Part shown: positions 1 through 7,528 of the stretch, piece after piece | Numbering within the stretch: the first letter of the stretch is position 1 | How the letters are laid out: the number at the start of each line of letters is the position of its first letter | Origin: Candidatus Moraniibacteriota bacterium | Lineage (GTDB): Bacteria > Patescibacteriota > Minisyncoccia > Moranbacterales > GCA-2747515 | Reading direction: 5' to 3' | Assembly: GCA_038208115.1 (NCBI GenBank) | Contig: JBBQZC010000005.1 | Location: 667 to 64,666, forward strand | Length of the DNA stretch: 64,000 nucleotides | Position numbers and translations under genes: made by a program | The notes under the pieces: model-generated | What the model saw: only the letters and a program-made list of their open reading frames with translations | The model's database searches: none | Told to the model about the DNA's origin: nothing

Positions 1-794
1 GTGAGGTTTTCGTTGATTGTGAGGTTTATTGTGTTGTTATCTGTGATTGGTGTTAATTGGGTTGTGAAAGATGTTTCGTTTCCATGTGCTGTACCACCAG
101 TATTTGAGACTTTTGTGCGTATGTAATATGTTGTGTTTGGAGTGAGGGGTGTAAGTGGACAAGAATATACACCTATTCCACCTGTGCCTGCTGTGCAAGA
201 ATGAGTATACACACCAGATAGTGTGCCCCATTCAATTTCTCTTTCTGGATCTTCGCCTCCTGTATCTGTGACTTCTCCGTTACCTGTGGCTGTAGTGTCT
301 GAGATGTTTGATGCGGGTGGCGTTGATGATGGGGTGGATGGAGGATTTATCGTAATTACATCCAATGTGCTAAACGACCCCTCGAACCCCGGAAAATATG
401 TGTAATGGCTACCTCCATAGGTATTAGAATAATCATACGCATATATAACAGGTTGAAAAAAATAAACAGTATTAGGATTTAAACCGGTGATGTCACAAGA
501 ATACTCTCCAATACCTCCTTGACCAGAATAGCATCTCACTGTGTACACACCAGTAGAAACACCATAATCGAAAAGTCCTTCGAGATTTACTGCGCTACAA
601 GCACCAAATGTTCCAATAAAATTAACACTCAATGTTGCAGAATGATCTGTAATATTAGTTGCTGTTAGTGAATCAAAAGCAGCTCCACAAAATGCATACG
701 CTGAATTAGATATCAAGAAAGAAACACTAAAAAATAATGTAAAAAATATTATTTTTATATAATGCGATTGTTTATACAATTTTAAATTTTTCAT
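1..794 (-). CDS. Secreted surface protein, partial (C-terminus lies left of the window); signal peptide plus two FN3-like domains, then the start of the shared beta-module. Paralog of 5110..6066.
   Basis: Nt 1-200 nearly repeat nt 5581-5780. Minus-strand translation from ATG (rc of cat 792-794) gives MKNLKLYKQSHYIKIIFFTLFFSVSFLISNSAYA (signal peptide), then two ~85-aa FN3-like units ending in the conserved GNETSFTT motif of 5110..6066, then INLTINENLT as in the paralog. Frame stays open to nt 1. Confidence 0.6.
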   Translation of the reverse strand, partial: MKNLKLYKQSHYIKIIFFTLFFSVSFLISNSAYAFCGAAFDSLTATNITDHSATLSVNFIGTFGACSAVNLEGLFDYGVSTGVYTVRCYSGQGGIGEYSCDITGLNPNTVYFFQPVIYAYDYSNTYGGSHYTYFPGFEGSFSTLDVITINPPSTPSSTPPASNISDTTATGNGEVTDTGGEDPEREIEWGTLSGVYTHSCTAGTGGIGVYSCPLTPLTPNTTYYIRTKVSNTGGTAHGNETSFTTQLTPITDNNTINLTINENL

Positions 795-810
795 TATTTT
801 TCATTATTTT
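791..810. repeat. 10-nt AT-rich tandem repeat (tcattatttt x2) spanning the start codon of the partial surface gene
   Basis: Direct inspection: tcattatttt tcattatttt at 791-810. Confidence 0.5.
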
Positions 811-1068
811 TTATATTTGTATACATAATATCATTTTTCTCATTCTTGTACAATTTCTGTACTGTTGCATAGTCAAGGTTACTTTTTGAGGCAAATGCAT
901 TTAAAGAGTCTCTGTTGCTTGTACTATTAAAACCAGTACGACAATATATCATACACTCTCTCATCTAAAAACCTGTTCAGAAATGACTTTTTACATTCAC
1001 ATTTATCACTGAAAATCATTCACACTTTTGTAGACACAAATACTTTAAGAACTTTTAATCACTCAAAT

Positions 1069-2064
1069 TTAACGACGTTTTTTCTTGCGTTCTACTTTAA
1101 ATAGGCTGCTAAATATCAATTTTACGATGATGATACCGAGTAGACCACTACCGATAATGGCCAATCCTTTCCATGGGATGATATAGAATGTCGTTTCTCC
1201 ATCAAGTTTGATGGCGTCGTTTTCAGAATGCATCGCGAGTTTTGCTGTGTATTTCCCAAAATCCCACATGCCATATTCCAGCACTTCCCGATATTTATTA
1301 TTGATTTCTGGATAGAGGATGCGTGACTTCATCTCAACTGTGTGAAATTTTTTGCCAAATCTCGTAATCTCGATCGTGCCAAACATCGGATAATGCACAT
1401 TTCCCGTACTCTGCACCATCGCATTCATTATAATTGGCTTTTCAAAGTTCCATTTTTTTTCTACTGTGAAACTGCTCAAATCTGCACCGATACGCATCGG
1501 CTCATCACCTTGTACTGCGATAATCACAAGTGATCCAATCCTATAGCTCAAACCGATCCGTGACCCATCTCCTGATAAATCACCGCCCGTTGTGAAGAAA
1601 ACGCTGCCATAATAACCGCTCGTAGGACTATCTGCTGGGACACGCACAGTAAAATCCACCACCTTAGCCTCATCTGGCCCGAGATTAAAATCCTCTGGAA
1701 GATCAAACCAATCGATAATATCATGTGCTTTAAGGGGATGTTCAGTATCTGGGATAAAAAATTGCGGTTCAGTACCATCATCTCCGACAAAAAAGTCTTC
1801 GACACCCATGTGGACAAATAAATCTTTATCAGAATAATTTTTTACAACTATTTTACTTGTGCGCTCCTCTCCGCTGTTTAGCGTCCAGACAAATTTAATC
1901 GGTGAAATTTGTAAACCGCCCTCAGGAGGTAGATACTCCCCCGAATTAGCTTCTCCACTCTTCGTCTGTGCATATGCCGTATGAGATAGTCCACATATCA
2001 AAAAAACGGCTATACTAGCCATCAAAAAAAAATACCTTATTTTATTGATAAAAATATCTTTCAT
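1069..2064 (-). CDS. Cell-surface protein with N-terminal signal peptide and C-terminal TM anchor plus KKKRR tail (anchor subunit; paralog of 3253..4236)
   Basis: 331 aa. N-term MKDIFINKIRYFFLMASIAVFLICGLSHTAYA (signal peptide); C-term ...IPWKGLAIIGSGLLGIIIVKLIFSSLFKVERKKKRR (hydrophobic helix plus basic tail). Co-linear similarity to 3253..4236 (e.g. DWFDLPE/DWIDVPE, GSLVIIAVQGDEPMRI/GTLVLLQVQGDEPMRI). Confidence 0.7.
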   Translation of the reverse strand: MKDIFINKIRYFFLMASIAVFLICGLSHTAYAQTKSGEANSGEYLPPEGGLQISPIKFVWTLNSGEERTSKIVVKNYSDKDLFVHMGVEDFFVGDDGTEPQFFIPDTEHPLKAHDIIDWFDLPEDFNLGPDEAKVVDFTVRVPADSPTSGYYGSVFFTTGGDLSGDGSRIGLSYRIGSLVIIAVQGDEPMRIGADLSSFTVEKKWNFEKPIIMNAMVQSTGNVHYPMFGTIEITRFGKKFHTVEMKSRILYPEINNKYREVLEYGMWDFGKYTAKLAMHSENDAIKLDGETTFYIIPWKGLAIIGSGLLGIIIVKLIFSSLFKVERKKKRR

Positions 2065-2106
2065 AAAATACCGAAAATCATACTAATTATATAATGAATC
2101 TATATT

Positions 2107-2141
2107 CTCCTCAAACAGACTACTACGAGCTGTTTGAGGAG
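2107..2141 (-). promoter_or_regulatory. Perfect 12-bp-stem hairpin (ctcctcaaacag-N11-ctgtttgaggag) between the secreted-subunit gene and the anchor gene; no U-tract
   Basis: Perfect inverted repeat read directly from the sequence. Lies between the stop of 2197..2886 and the start of 1069..2064. Confidence 0.5.
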
Positions 2142-2196
2142 AAAAAGATGCATTATGCAATACGAACTTTTAATTGCATTTTTACATTAGGCAAAA

Positions 2197-2886
2197 TTAT
2201 GCACCATATGACTTTGCATCTGTTGTTGCTGTATATGTCACTTGACCTGTGTAAAATCCAGATTGCTGTGTAGGAAGGACATCTACTTTGAAACATGTGT
2301 CTACAGTAGAAGTGCCAGATACATAATCAGAATATGCCATCACAGTTTGTGCACTATCAGGGATACCTGAGAATTTGTTTGCATTTACTCCTGTTGTACA
2401 TGCACCATTTGTATCTGTCCAGACGTTAGTATTGATTGTGCTTCCTCCTTTATTAGGAAATTCAGTCATACTAAAGCCTAGGCCTGTACCAGTCCATGCA
2501 GCTGTTTGTATATTTGTTTGATCATATGCTGTTTTGTCAGGAATTTGATATCCTTCTACGTGCTTCAATACGTTACCTGTAGCGGATGTATTGTGTAAAC
2601 GGAGGAAAAATCCATCTTGATCATTTGTGATAACAGTACATTGTGCTTCTCCAACTGCTGGCACGCCAGCTGCTACTATGCCAAGACCTGCTGCACCGGT
2701 CAATGCGATAACAGTATCTCCTGTTGCAGTTGATTTGTCATAGCAGTCCAATTGCAATGTGCTTTGCACTTCAACTTCGAGGTTGACATCACTTGTTATT
2801 GTTTGATCTGCAAATGCTACAGATGTCATCGATAGAGAAAGTGCAATCGCACTTGTTCCAGCGATAATTTGTTTAAATTTCATCAT
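2197..2886 (-). CDS. Secreted beta-module protein (paralog of 4338..4955 and of the C-terminal domain of 5110..6066)
   Basis: 229 aa. MMKFKQIIAGTSAIALSLSMTSVAFA signal peptide, two Cys pairs, C-terminal ...GQVTYTATT motif shared with the paralogs (GSVTYTATG). Confidence 0.7.
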   Translation of the reverse strand: MMKFKQIIAGTSAIALSLSMTSVAFADQTITSDVNLEVEVQSTLQLDCYDKSTATGDTVIALTGAAGLGIVAAGVPAVGEAQCTVITNDQDGFFLRLHNTSATGNVLKHVEGYQIPDKTAYDQTNIQTAAWTGTGLGFSMTEFPNKGGSTINTNVWTDTNGACTTGVNANKFSGIPDSAQTVMAYSDYVSGTSTVDTCFKVDVLPTQQSGFYTGQVTYTATTDAKSYGA

Positions 2887-2957
2887 AATGATTTTTATAA
2901 TTATTACTTATTTATTTTTGTTTTTACTTACGACCAGAGTAAAAATCTCCTTAGGAA

Positions 2958-3016
2958 TATTATATCACACATTCTGAAAATTTGTGCAAGTGATAGTTAT
3001 GCACAGTCTATGCACA
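2958..3016 (-). promoter_or_regulatory. Putative promoter for 2197..2886 (extended -10 TGaTATAAT on the minus strand) with an upstream direct repeat TATGCACA-N3-TATGCACA
   Basis: rc of 2956-2966 reads tgtgatataat. Direct repeats at 2998-3005 and 3009-3016 have an 11-bp period, about -50 to -68 from the -10 element. Confidence 0.35.
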
Positions 3017-3199
3017 CTAAAATCATTTATTTATAACCTTTTTTCAAAATTCATACAAATGATAAAATTGCAAGTTTTTTATAAAATTACGTATTGAGAT
3101 TTACTTTGCATTTTTTTTAAATTTCACTATGTACATTTTATAGAAATAATCTAATTAATAAAATTAACTACTTTCCATATGAGACACCAGTACAAAAAT

Positions 3200-3227
3200 C
3201 AAAAAGCGGACAAAAATCCGCTTTTAA
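3200..3227 (-). terminator. Rho-independent terminator after anchor gene 3253..4236
   Basis: aaaaagcgga-caaaaa-tccgctttt hairpin flanked by A and T runs. Confidence 0.6.
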
Positions 3228-3252
3228 AATAATCCAAATCACTATTCACTGC

Positions 3253-4236
3253 CTATTTCCTTTTAGATTTTTTCCAGTCGATGATAACAAATTTTTTGAT
3301 GAATATGCGTATCGCGATCACAAGTACGATTACACCGCCAATCATCGCTGATGATTTCCATGGTATGACGAAAAAAGGCTCTGTCTCACCAGTAATTTGT
3401 ACAGTCCCCTCTTCTGAGCGCATCGTCAGAGTAGCCTTATACATCCCAAAATCCCACATACCAAAATCAATCTTATCCGTAAATAAACGGATACGCTCAG
3501 GATAGAGGTTTTCTGATTTCATTTCGACAGTTGCGAATTTTTTGTCAAATTTTGTGATTGTAATCTCTCCATCCACTTGATAGTGTACATTTGCAGTACT
3601 TTTGACACGCGTCGTGAGCTCAATCGGTTTATCCCAGAAAACTTTTTTCGCAACTGAAAATTCTTCCAATTGTCCTGCAATCCGCATCGGCTCATCACCT
3701 TGTACCTGTAGGAGGACGAGTGTCCCTACACGATAATGCACTTTGATCTTTGCACTGCCACCATCTGCATCATTTACATCAGCATCATCTGTTCGTGTTT
3801 TAAAAAATATACTTCCGTAATAACTATTAGTTGGCTGTCCTTCTGGTATTTGCACATGAAATTCTACTTCACGTGATTCTCCTGGAGCCATTGTGAACCC
3901 TTCTGGCACATCGATCCAATCAATCACATCATATGCTTTGAGTGGATGCTTTTCATCAGGTACAAAAAACTGTGGCTTGATCCCATCATCTGACACATAG
4001 AAATCTTCTACACTGATCTCAACGCCTTGTGGTACATCGGAATAATTGTGCAGTGAAATCTTCTCACTTTTTGCAGCACCATCTTCCATCTTCCAGTCCA
4101 CGCGCAAGGGTGACACTTGCACACCTTCAGTAGGTGATTCTGCAGCATATACAGGCACAACACATAGTAGCAACAAAAAAAATCCATAGGCAATGGACAT
4201 GTACGGTTTATTCATTTTTTTATCATTAATACACAT
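3253..4236 (-). CDS. Cell-surface anchor subunit paralog (signal peptide, C-terminal TM plus basic tail)
   Basis: 327 aa. N-term ...FFLLLLCVVPVYAAES; C-term VIPWKSSAMIGGVIVLVIAIRIFIKKF...KKSKRK. Paralog of 1069..2064. Confidence 0.7.
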   Translation of the reverse strand: MCINDKKMNKPYMSIAYGFFLLLLCVVPVYAAESPTEGVQVSPLRVDWKMEDGAAKSEKISLHNYSDVPQGVEISVEDFYVSDDGIKPQFFVPDEKHPLKAYDVIDWIDVPEGFTMAPGESREVEFHVQIPEGQPTNSYYGSIFFKTRTDDADVNDADGGSAKIKVHYRVGTLVLLQVQGDEPMRIAGQLEEFSVAKKVFWDKPIELTTRVKSTANVHYQVDGEITITKFDKKFATVEMKSENLYPERIRLFTDKIDFGMWDFGMYKATLTMRSEEGTVQITGETEPFFVIPWKSSAMIGGVIVLVIAIRIFIKKFVIIDWKKSKRK

Positions 4237-4295
4237 AAATACTCTTATATCACGCGGAAAATATCACATATTCATTTCATACGAATCTTTATGTT

Positions 4296-4325
4296 CTTTG
4301 AGAGGAAAAATGAATCCTCTCAAAG
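4296..4325 (-). promoter_or_regulatory. Perfect 10-bp-stem hairpin (ctttgagagg-N10-cctctcaaag) between secreted-subunit gene 4338..4955 and anchor gene 3253..4236
   Basis: Perfect inverted repeat. Arms are related to those of the 2107..2141 hairpin (CCTC..CAAA..AG). Confidence 0.5.
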
Positions 4326-4337
4326 AATAAAAAACCC

Positions 4338-4955
4338 TTAAAGAATTCCTGTCGCCGTATACGTCACAGAACCTTCATAAAGACCTGATGCTTGTGTCGA
4401 TGGTACATCTACACGATAGCAAATACCCACTGTTGTAGCTGTCGATGAGTAATCAGGCGTAGATGTGATCGTCGTATCAGCATCTGGGACTGCAGCATAT
4501 GTATTGGCTGCATCATGGCATGCTGTACCTGCACCCCATTTTGCTTCTTTATCTGGAGCACTATAGACACTAAAACCAAATCCTGTGCCAGTCCATGTTG
4601 TCGGTGCAGCGATTGTACCCGCATAGTCAGCGATTTCAAAGTTGACCCCGGTACCATTTGCATTACGCAACACTGTACCTGTTGCAAAATCATTTACTAC
4701 TGAAAGATCATAACCATCTTCATCATTTGTTGTAATCGTACAGGTTGTACTCGCTGATTCTGGTGTCGCTGCTGTAATACCTGGAGTACCTTCATCGATA
4801 GTGACATCTGCACCACACGCAAGCGTCATGTTCTCATTGACAGTCACTTGGAGATTTACTTGATCACTCGCTGTTGCAGCAAATGCAACTGGCGACAAAG
4901 ACAATGATAGCGCAATTGCACTTAGGCCCGCAATAATTCTTTTAAATTTCATCAT
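4338..4955 (-). CDS. Secreted beta-module protein (close paralog of the C-terminal 200 aa of 5110..6066)
   Basis: 205 aa. MMKFKRIIAGLSAIALSLSLSPVAFA signal peptide. VNENMTLACGADVTIDEGTPGITAATPESASTTCTITTNDEDGYDLSV is nearly identical to the 5110 paralog. C-term GSVTYTATGIL. Confidence 0.75.
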   Translation of the reverse strand: MMKFKRIIAGLSAIALSLSLSPVAFAATASDQVNLQVTVNENMTLACGADVTIDEGTPGITAATPESASTTCTITTNDEDGYDLSVVNDFATGTVLRNANGTGVNFEIADYAGTIAAPTTWTGTGFGFSVYSAPDKEAKWGAGTACHDAANTYAAVPDADTTITSTPDYSSTATTVGICYRVDVPSTQASGLYEGSVTYTATGIL

Positions 4956-4960
4956 ATATA

Positions 4961-4990
4961 TTTTTATTACTTTTTATTACTTTTTATTAC
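4961..4990. repeat. 10-nt tandem repeat tttttattac x3 in the 5' leader of 4338..4955
   Basis: Three perfect copies read directly. On the mRNA strand the unit is guaauaaaaa. Confidence 0.6.
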
Positions 4991-5038
4991 TTTTTTGTTT
5001 TATTCTCGACCCAGAAAAAAATTTACTTTATATTTTTC

Positions 5039-5090
5039 ATTATACTACATCCATCAATTTTTCCAAAATACAAGTTATCCACACTTCACT
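5039..5090 (-). promoter_or_regulatory. Putative sigma70-type promoter for 4338..4955 (TTGGAA-N16-TATAAT on the minus strand) with upstream TATCCACAC motif
   Basis: rc of 5039-5044 is tataat; rc of 5061-5066 is ttggaa. The motif tatccacac at about 5076-5084 resembles tatgcacac upstream of the 2197 promoter. Confidence 0.4.
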
Positions 5091-5109
5091 AAATTTCCCC
5101 TTTCTACTC

Positions 5110-6066
5110 TTACAACACCCCCGTCGCCGTATACGTCACAGAGCCGGTGTATGTGCCTGATGCTTGTGTAGAGAGGACATTGATACGATAACAGATCCCG
5201 ATGTCTGTAGCATCGTGTGTGTATTGTGTATTAGATGTGATTGTGGTGTTTGAGTCAGGAAAAGCTGCATAGTTATTATCTGTGTCATGACACGAGTTTC
5301 CTGTACCCCATTTGGATTCTTTTTGTGGTGCATCATAGATACTGAAAGCGAGTCCTTCTCCTGTGTAACTTGTTGGTGTGTCTATTGGACTTGTGTAATC
5401 AGGGATACTGTATGATTCATTTCTTAAGACATTGCCTGACGTGAAATCATTTATTACTGAGAAGTCGTAACCGTCTTCATCGTTTGTGGTTATAGTACAT
5501 GTAGAATTTGCTGATTCTGGTGTACCTGCTGTGAGACCAGGAGTTCCTTCATCTATTGTAATGTCTCCGTTACAGGAGAGTGTGAGGTTTTCGTTGATTG
5601 TGAGGTTGATATTATTGTTATAGGTTATTGGAGTTATACTGGTTGTGAAAGATGTTTCGTTTCCATGCGTTGTACCTGCTGAGTTGGTTGCGTATGCTCT
5701 GAGATAATATTGTGTATTTGGTGTGAGAGAGGTTAATTGACAGGAGTAGTCTCCGACTCCTCCTACTCCTGCAGTGCAGGAGTTTGTATAGGATCCACTT
5801 GCTGTACCCCACTCGATGAAACGTTCTGGGTTTTCGCTTCCTGTATTACTGATGTTACCGTTTCCTGTGGCTGTGGTGTCTGAAATGTTTGATGGAGAGG
5901 TTGATGTGAGGGATGGAGCAATTACTGCTGGCTCATCAAAATAAAATTCAATTTTTGTGATACTGAGGTTTCCCCAATTCAAATATAGCCGTCCGATATC
6001 TTCATTGCTTGGATAAGATAAATTTATTTCCTGAAGATTGACATAATCATTCGCAATACCGAGCAC
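5110..6066 (-). CDS. FN3-domain plus beta-module surface protein paralog; GTG start, no signal peptide of its own; probably the downstream part of a gene interrupted by in-frame TGA (see 6073..6378)
   Basis: 318 aa. FN3-like segment ...TPNTQYYLRAYATNSAGTTHGNETSFTT, then a beta-module near-identical to 4338..4955. Start codon is GTG (rc of cac 6064-6066). Confidence 0.6.
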   Translation of the reverse strand: MLGIANDYVNLQEINLSYPSNEDIGRLYLNWGNLSITKIEFYFDEPAVIAPSLTSTSPSNISDTTATGNGNISNTGSENPERFIEWGTASGSYTNSCTAGVGGVGDYSCQLTSLTPNTQYYLRAYATNSAGTTHGNETSFTTSITPITYNNNINLTINENLTLSCNGDITIDEGTPGLTAGTPESANSTCTITTNDEDGYDFSVINDFTSGNVLRNESYSIPDYTSPIDTPTSYTGEGLAFSIYDAPQKESKWGTGNSCHDTDNNYAAFPDSNTTITSNTQYTHDATDIGICYRINVLSTQASGTYTGSVTYTATGVL

Positions 6067-6072
6067 AACAGT

Positions 6073-6378
6073 TCATCCAACATTTCTTATGGAAAATTGT
6101 GGGGCAGGTCCTCCAGAAAAAGTCAACCTTGCTTTTGTTGGCCGCTCACCAGCCAATCTCGATCCCTGTAAAACGCCATTATTGTCTCCAGGATCTGAGT
6201 GAATAACAATTTCTGCAGGACAACAATAATTCCATTTACTTCCATCCCACCATCCATGTGTAGCTACAGGCCACCACGTAGGATTTGTACGATCTTCCCA
6301 TGCAGCAGAAACTTGCTGAAAAAACGACATGCCAAAAATTACACAAAAAATCAACAACAGTGCATTATTAGATTTCAT
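6073..6378 (-). CDS. Signal-peptide-bearing N-terminal fragment, in frame with 5110..6066 across a single TGA
   Basis: 101 aa. MKSNNALLLIFCVIFGMSFFQQVSAAW signal peptide. Stop TGA at 6073-6075; two codons later the 5110..6066 ORF begins in the same frame. Confidence 0.5.
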   Translation of the reverse strand: MKSNNALLLIFCVIFGMSFFQQVSAAWEDRTNPTWWPVATHGWWDGSKWNYCCPAEIVIHSDPGDNNGVLQGSRLAGERPTKARLTFSGGPAPQFSIRNVG

Positions 6379-6546
6379 AATATTTTTATTTTTATCTTAC
6401 TTAAATAGTATACCACATACCCAGAACATCTGTAAAGTCATCGTTATAATACTATGTCATTATTACTGTTTATACATATTTGATAAATAATTTCATATTT
6501 TTTGTTGTTTAATTAGTCTGACTACCCACATAGCTTTCCACATCTA

Positions 6547-7500
6547 TCATATTCCCCCATTTTTAATTTTCATCAATTCTATTGGTTCTGTAAAATATAT
6601 ATTTTCTTTTATTACCTCAACCTCTCGATATTTTGCACCGCCTGCGACAAATTGTGCAACAATCTCTTGCACCTTATACTCCGGCGCACTTGCACCTGCT
6701 GTGATACCGACCTTTTTCACGCCACTAAACCATTCTTTTTTAATCTCTTCCGCTGAATCAATTAAGTATGTCAGACAACCTTTCTGCTGTGCAACTTCTT
6801 GCAAACGTTTTGAATTTGAAGATGTTTGAGAGCCTACCACAAGAACGATATCAACTTCCTCTGCTAAAGCACGAATTGCCTGCTGACGATTCGTTGTTGC
6901 ATAACAAATATCTTGTGCTGGCGCTTCTATAATCATAGGAAATTTTTTATGAAGCGCTTTCATAAGATCTCTTGTCTCATCAATACTTAGTGTTGTCTGC
7001 GTGAGCATCGCAATCTTCTCTTCTGCCCCGTATGGTAATCGCTCTATATCGTCAACACTTTCAATCACAGGAATTTCCTGTCCATATTGTTGTGCTTCAC
7101 CGATCACACCAAGTCCTTCCACATGTCCCTTATGACCAATATATACAACACGATATCCGTCTTTCAAAAATTTATGCATTTCAATATGCACTTTAGCAAC
7201 CAGCGGACACGTCGCGTCAATCACACGAATTTCTCGATCTCGTGCTTCTGCATAATGTGCAGGTGGTGAACCGTGTGCGCTAAATATTGCTATGGAACCT
7301 CTAGGAATATCAGAGACAGATTCCACGGTAACTGCACCTTTTTCTTCTAAATCATGCACTACCGTCTTATTATGGACGATTGCATGCTTAATATACACTG
7401 GCGCACCAAATATGCGCAAACAATCTTCTACAACTTTGACAGACCGTGCGACGCCTGCACAAAATCCTCGTGGACTGATGACAACTACTTCTTCGATCAT
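6547..7500 (-). CDS. ispH: 4-hydroxy-3-methylbut-2-enyl diphosphate reductase IspH
   Basis: MIEEVVVISPRGFCAGVARS..., SAHGSPP, DATCPLVAKVH, ICYATTNRQ, VVGSQTSSNSKRL motifs. Start trimmed from the 373-aa ORF to the MIEEV Met; the long N-terminal extension overlaps the upstream gene. Confidence 0.85.
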   Translation of the reverse strand: MIEEVVVISPRGFCAGVARSVKVVEDCLRIFGAPVYIKHAIVHNKTVVHDLEEKGAVTVESVSDIPRGSIAIFSAHGSPPAHYAEARDREIRVIDATCPLVAKVHIEMHKFLKDGYRVVYIGHKGHVEGLGVIGEAQQYGQEIPVIESVDDIERLPYGAEEKIAMLTQTTLSIDETRDLMKALHKKFPMIIEAPAQDICYATTNRQQAIRALAEEVDIVLVVGSQTSSNSKRLQEVAQQKGCLTYLIDSAEEIKKEWFSGVKKVGITAGASAPEYKVQEIVAQFVAGGAKYREVEVIKENIYFTEPIELMKIKNGGI

Positions 7501-7528
7501 ATAGAAAAATTGAGAAAAAATTATATTA

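Noticed and set aside
720-800. Apparent frameshift or missing start codon at the 5' end of the partial surface gene at the window start
   Set aside because: Careful re-translation shows the ATG (rc of 792-794) is in frame with the signal peptide and FN3 domains (MKNLKLYKQSHYIKIIFFTLFFSVSFLISNSAYA...). The earlier impression was a hand-translation error.
2197-6066. Calling the secreted beta-module proteins bona fide WxL-domain proteins
   Set aside because: The architecture resembles WxL/Csc clusters, but the proteins contain W-T-G-T-G and KWG segments rather than literal W-x-L motifs. I keep it as an architectural analogy only.
6073-6075. Alternative genetic code 25 (TGA = Gly, Gracilibacteria/Absconditabacteria) as the explanation for the in-frame TGA in the surface-protein gene
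   Set aside because: All ~70 conserved genes, including 21 ribosomal proteins, dnaK, tuf and recG, are full length under code 11. TGA serves as the genuine stop of ispH and of comEC (ATGA overlap). The TGA is therefore a local event.
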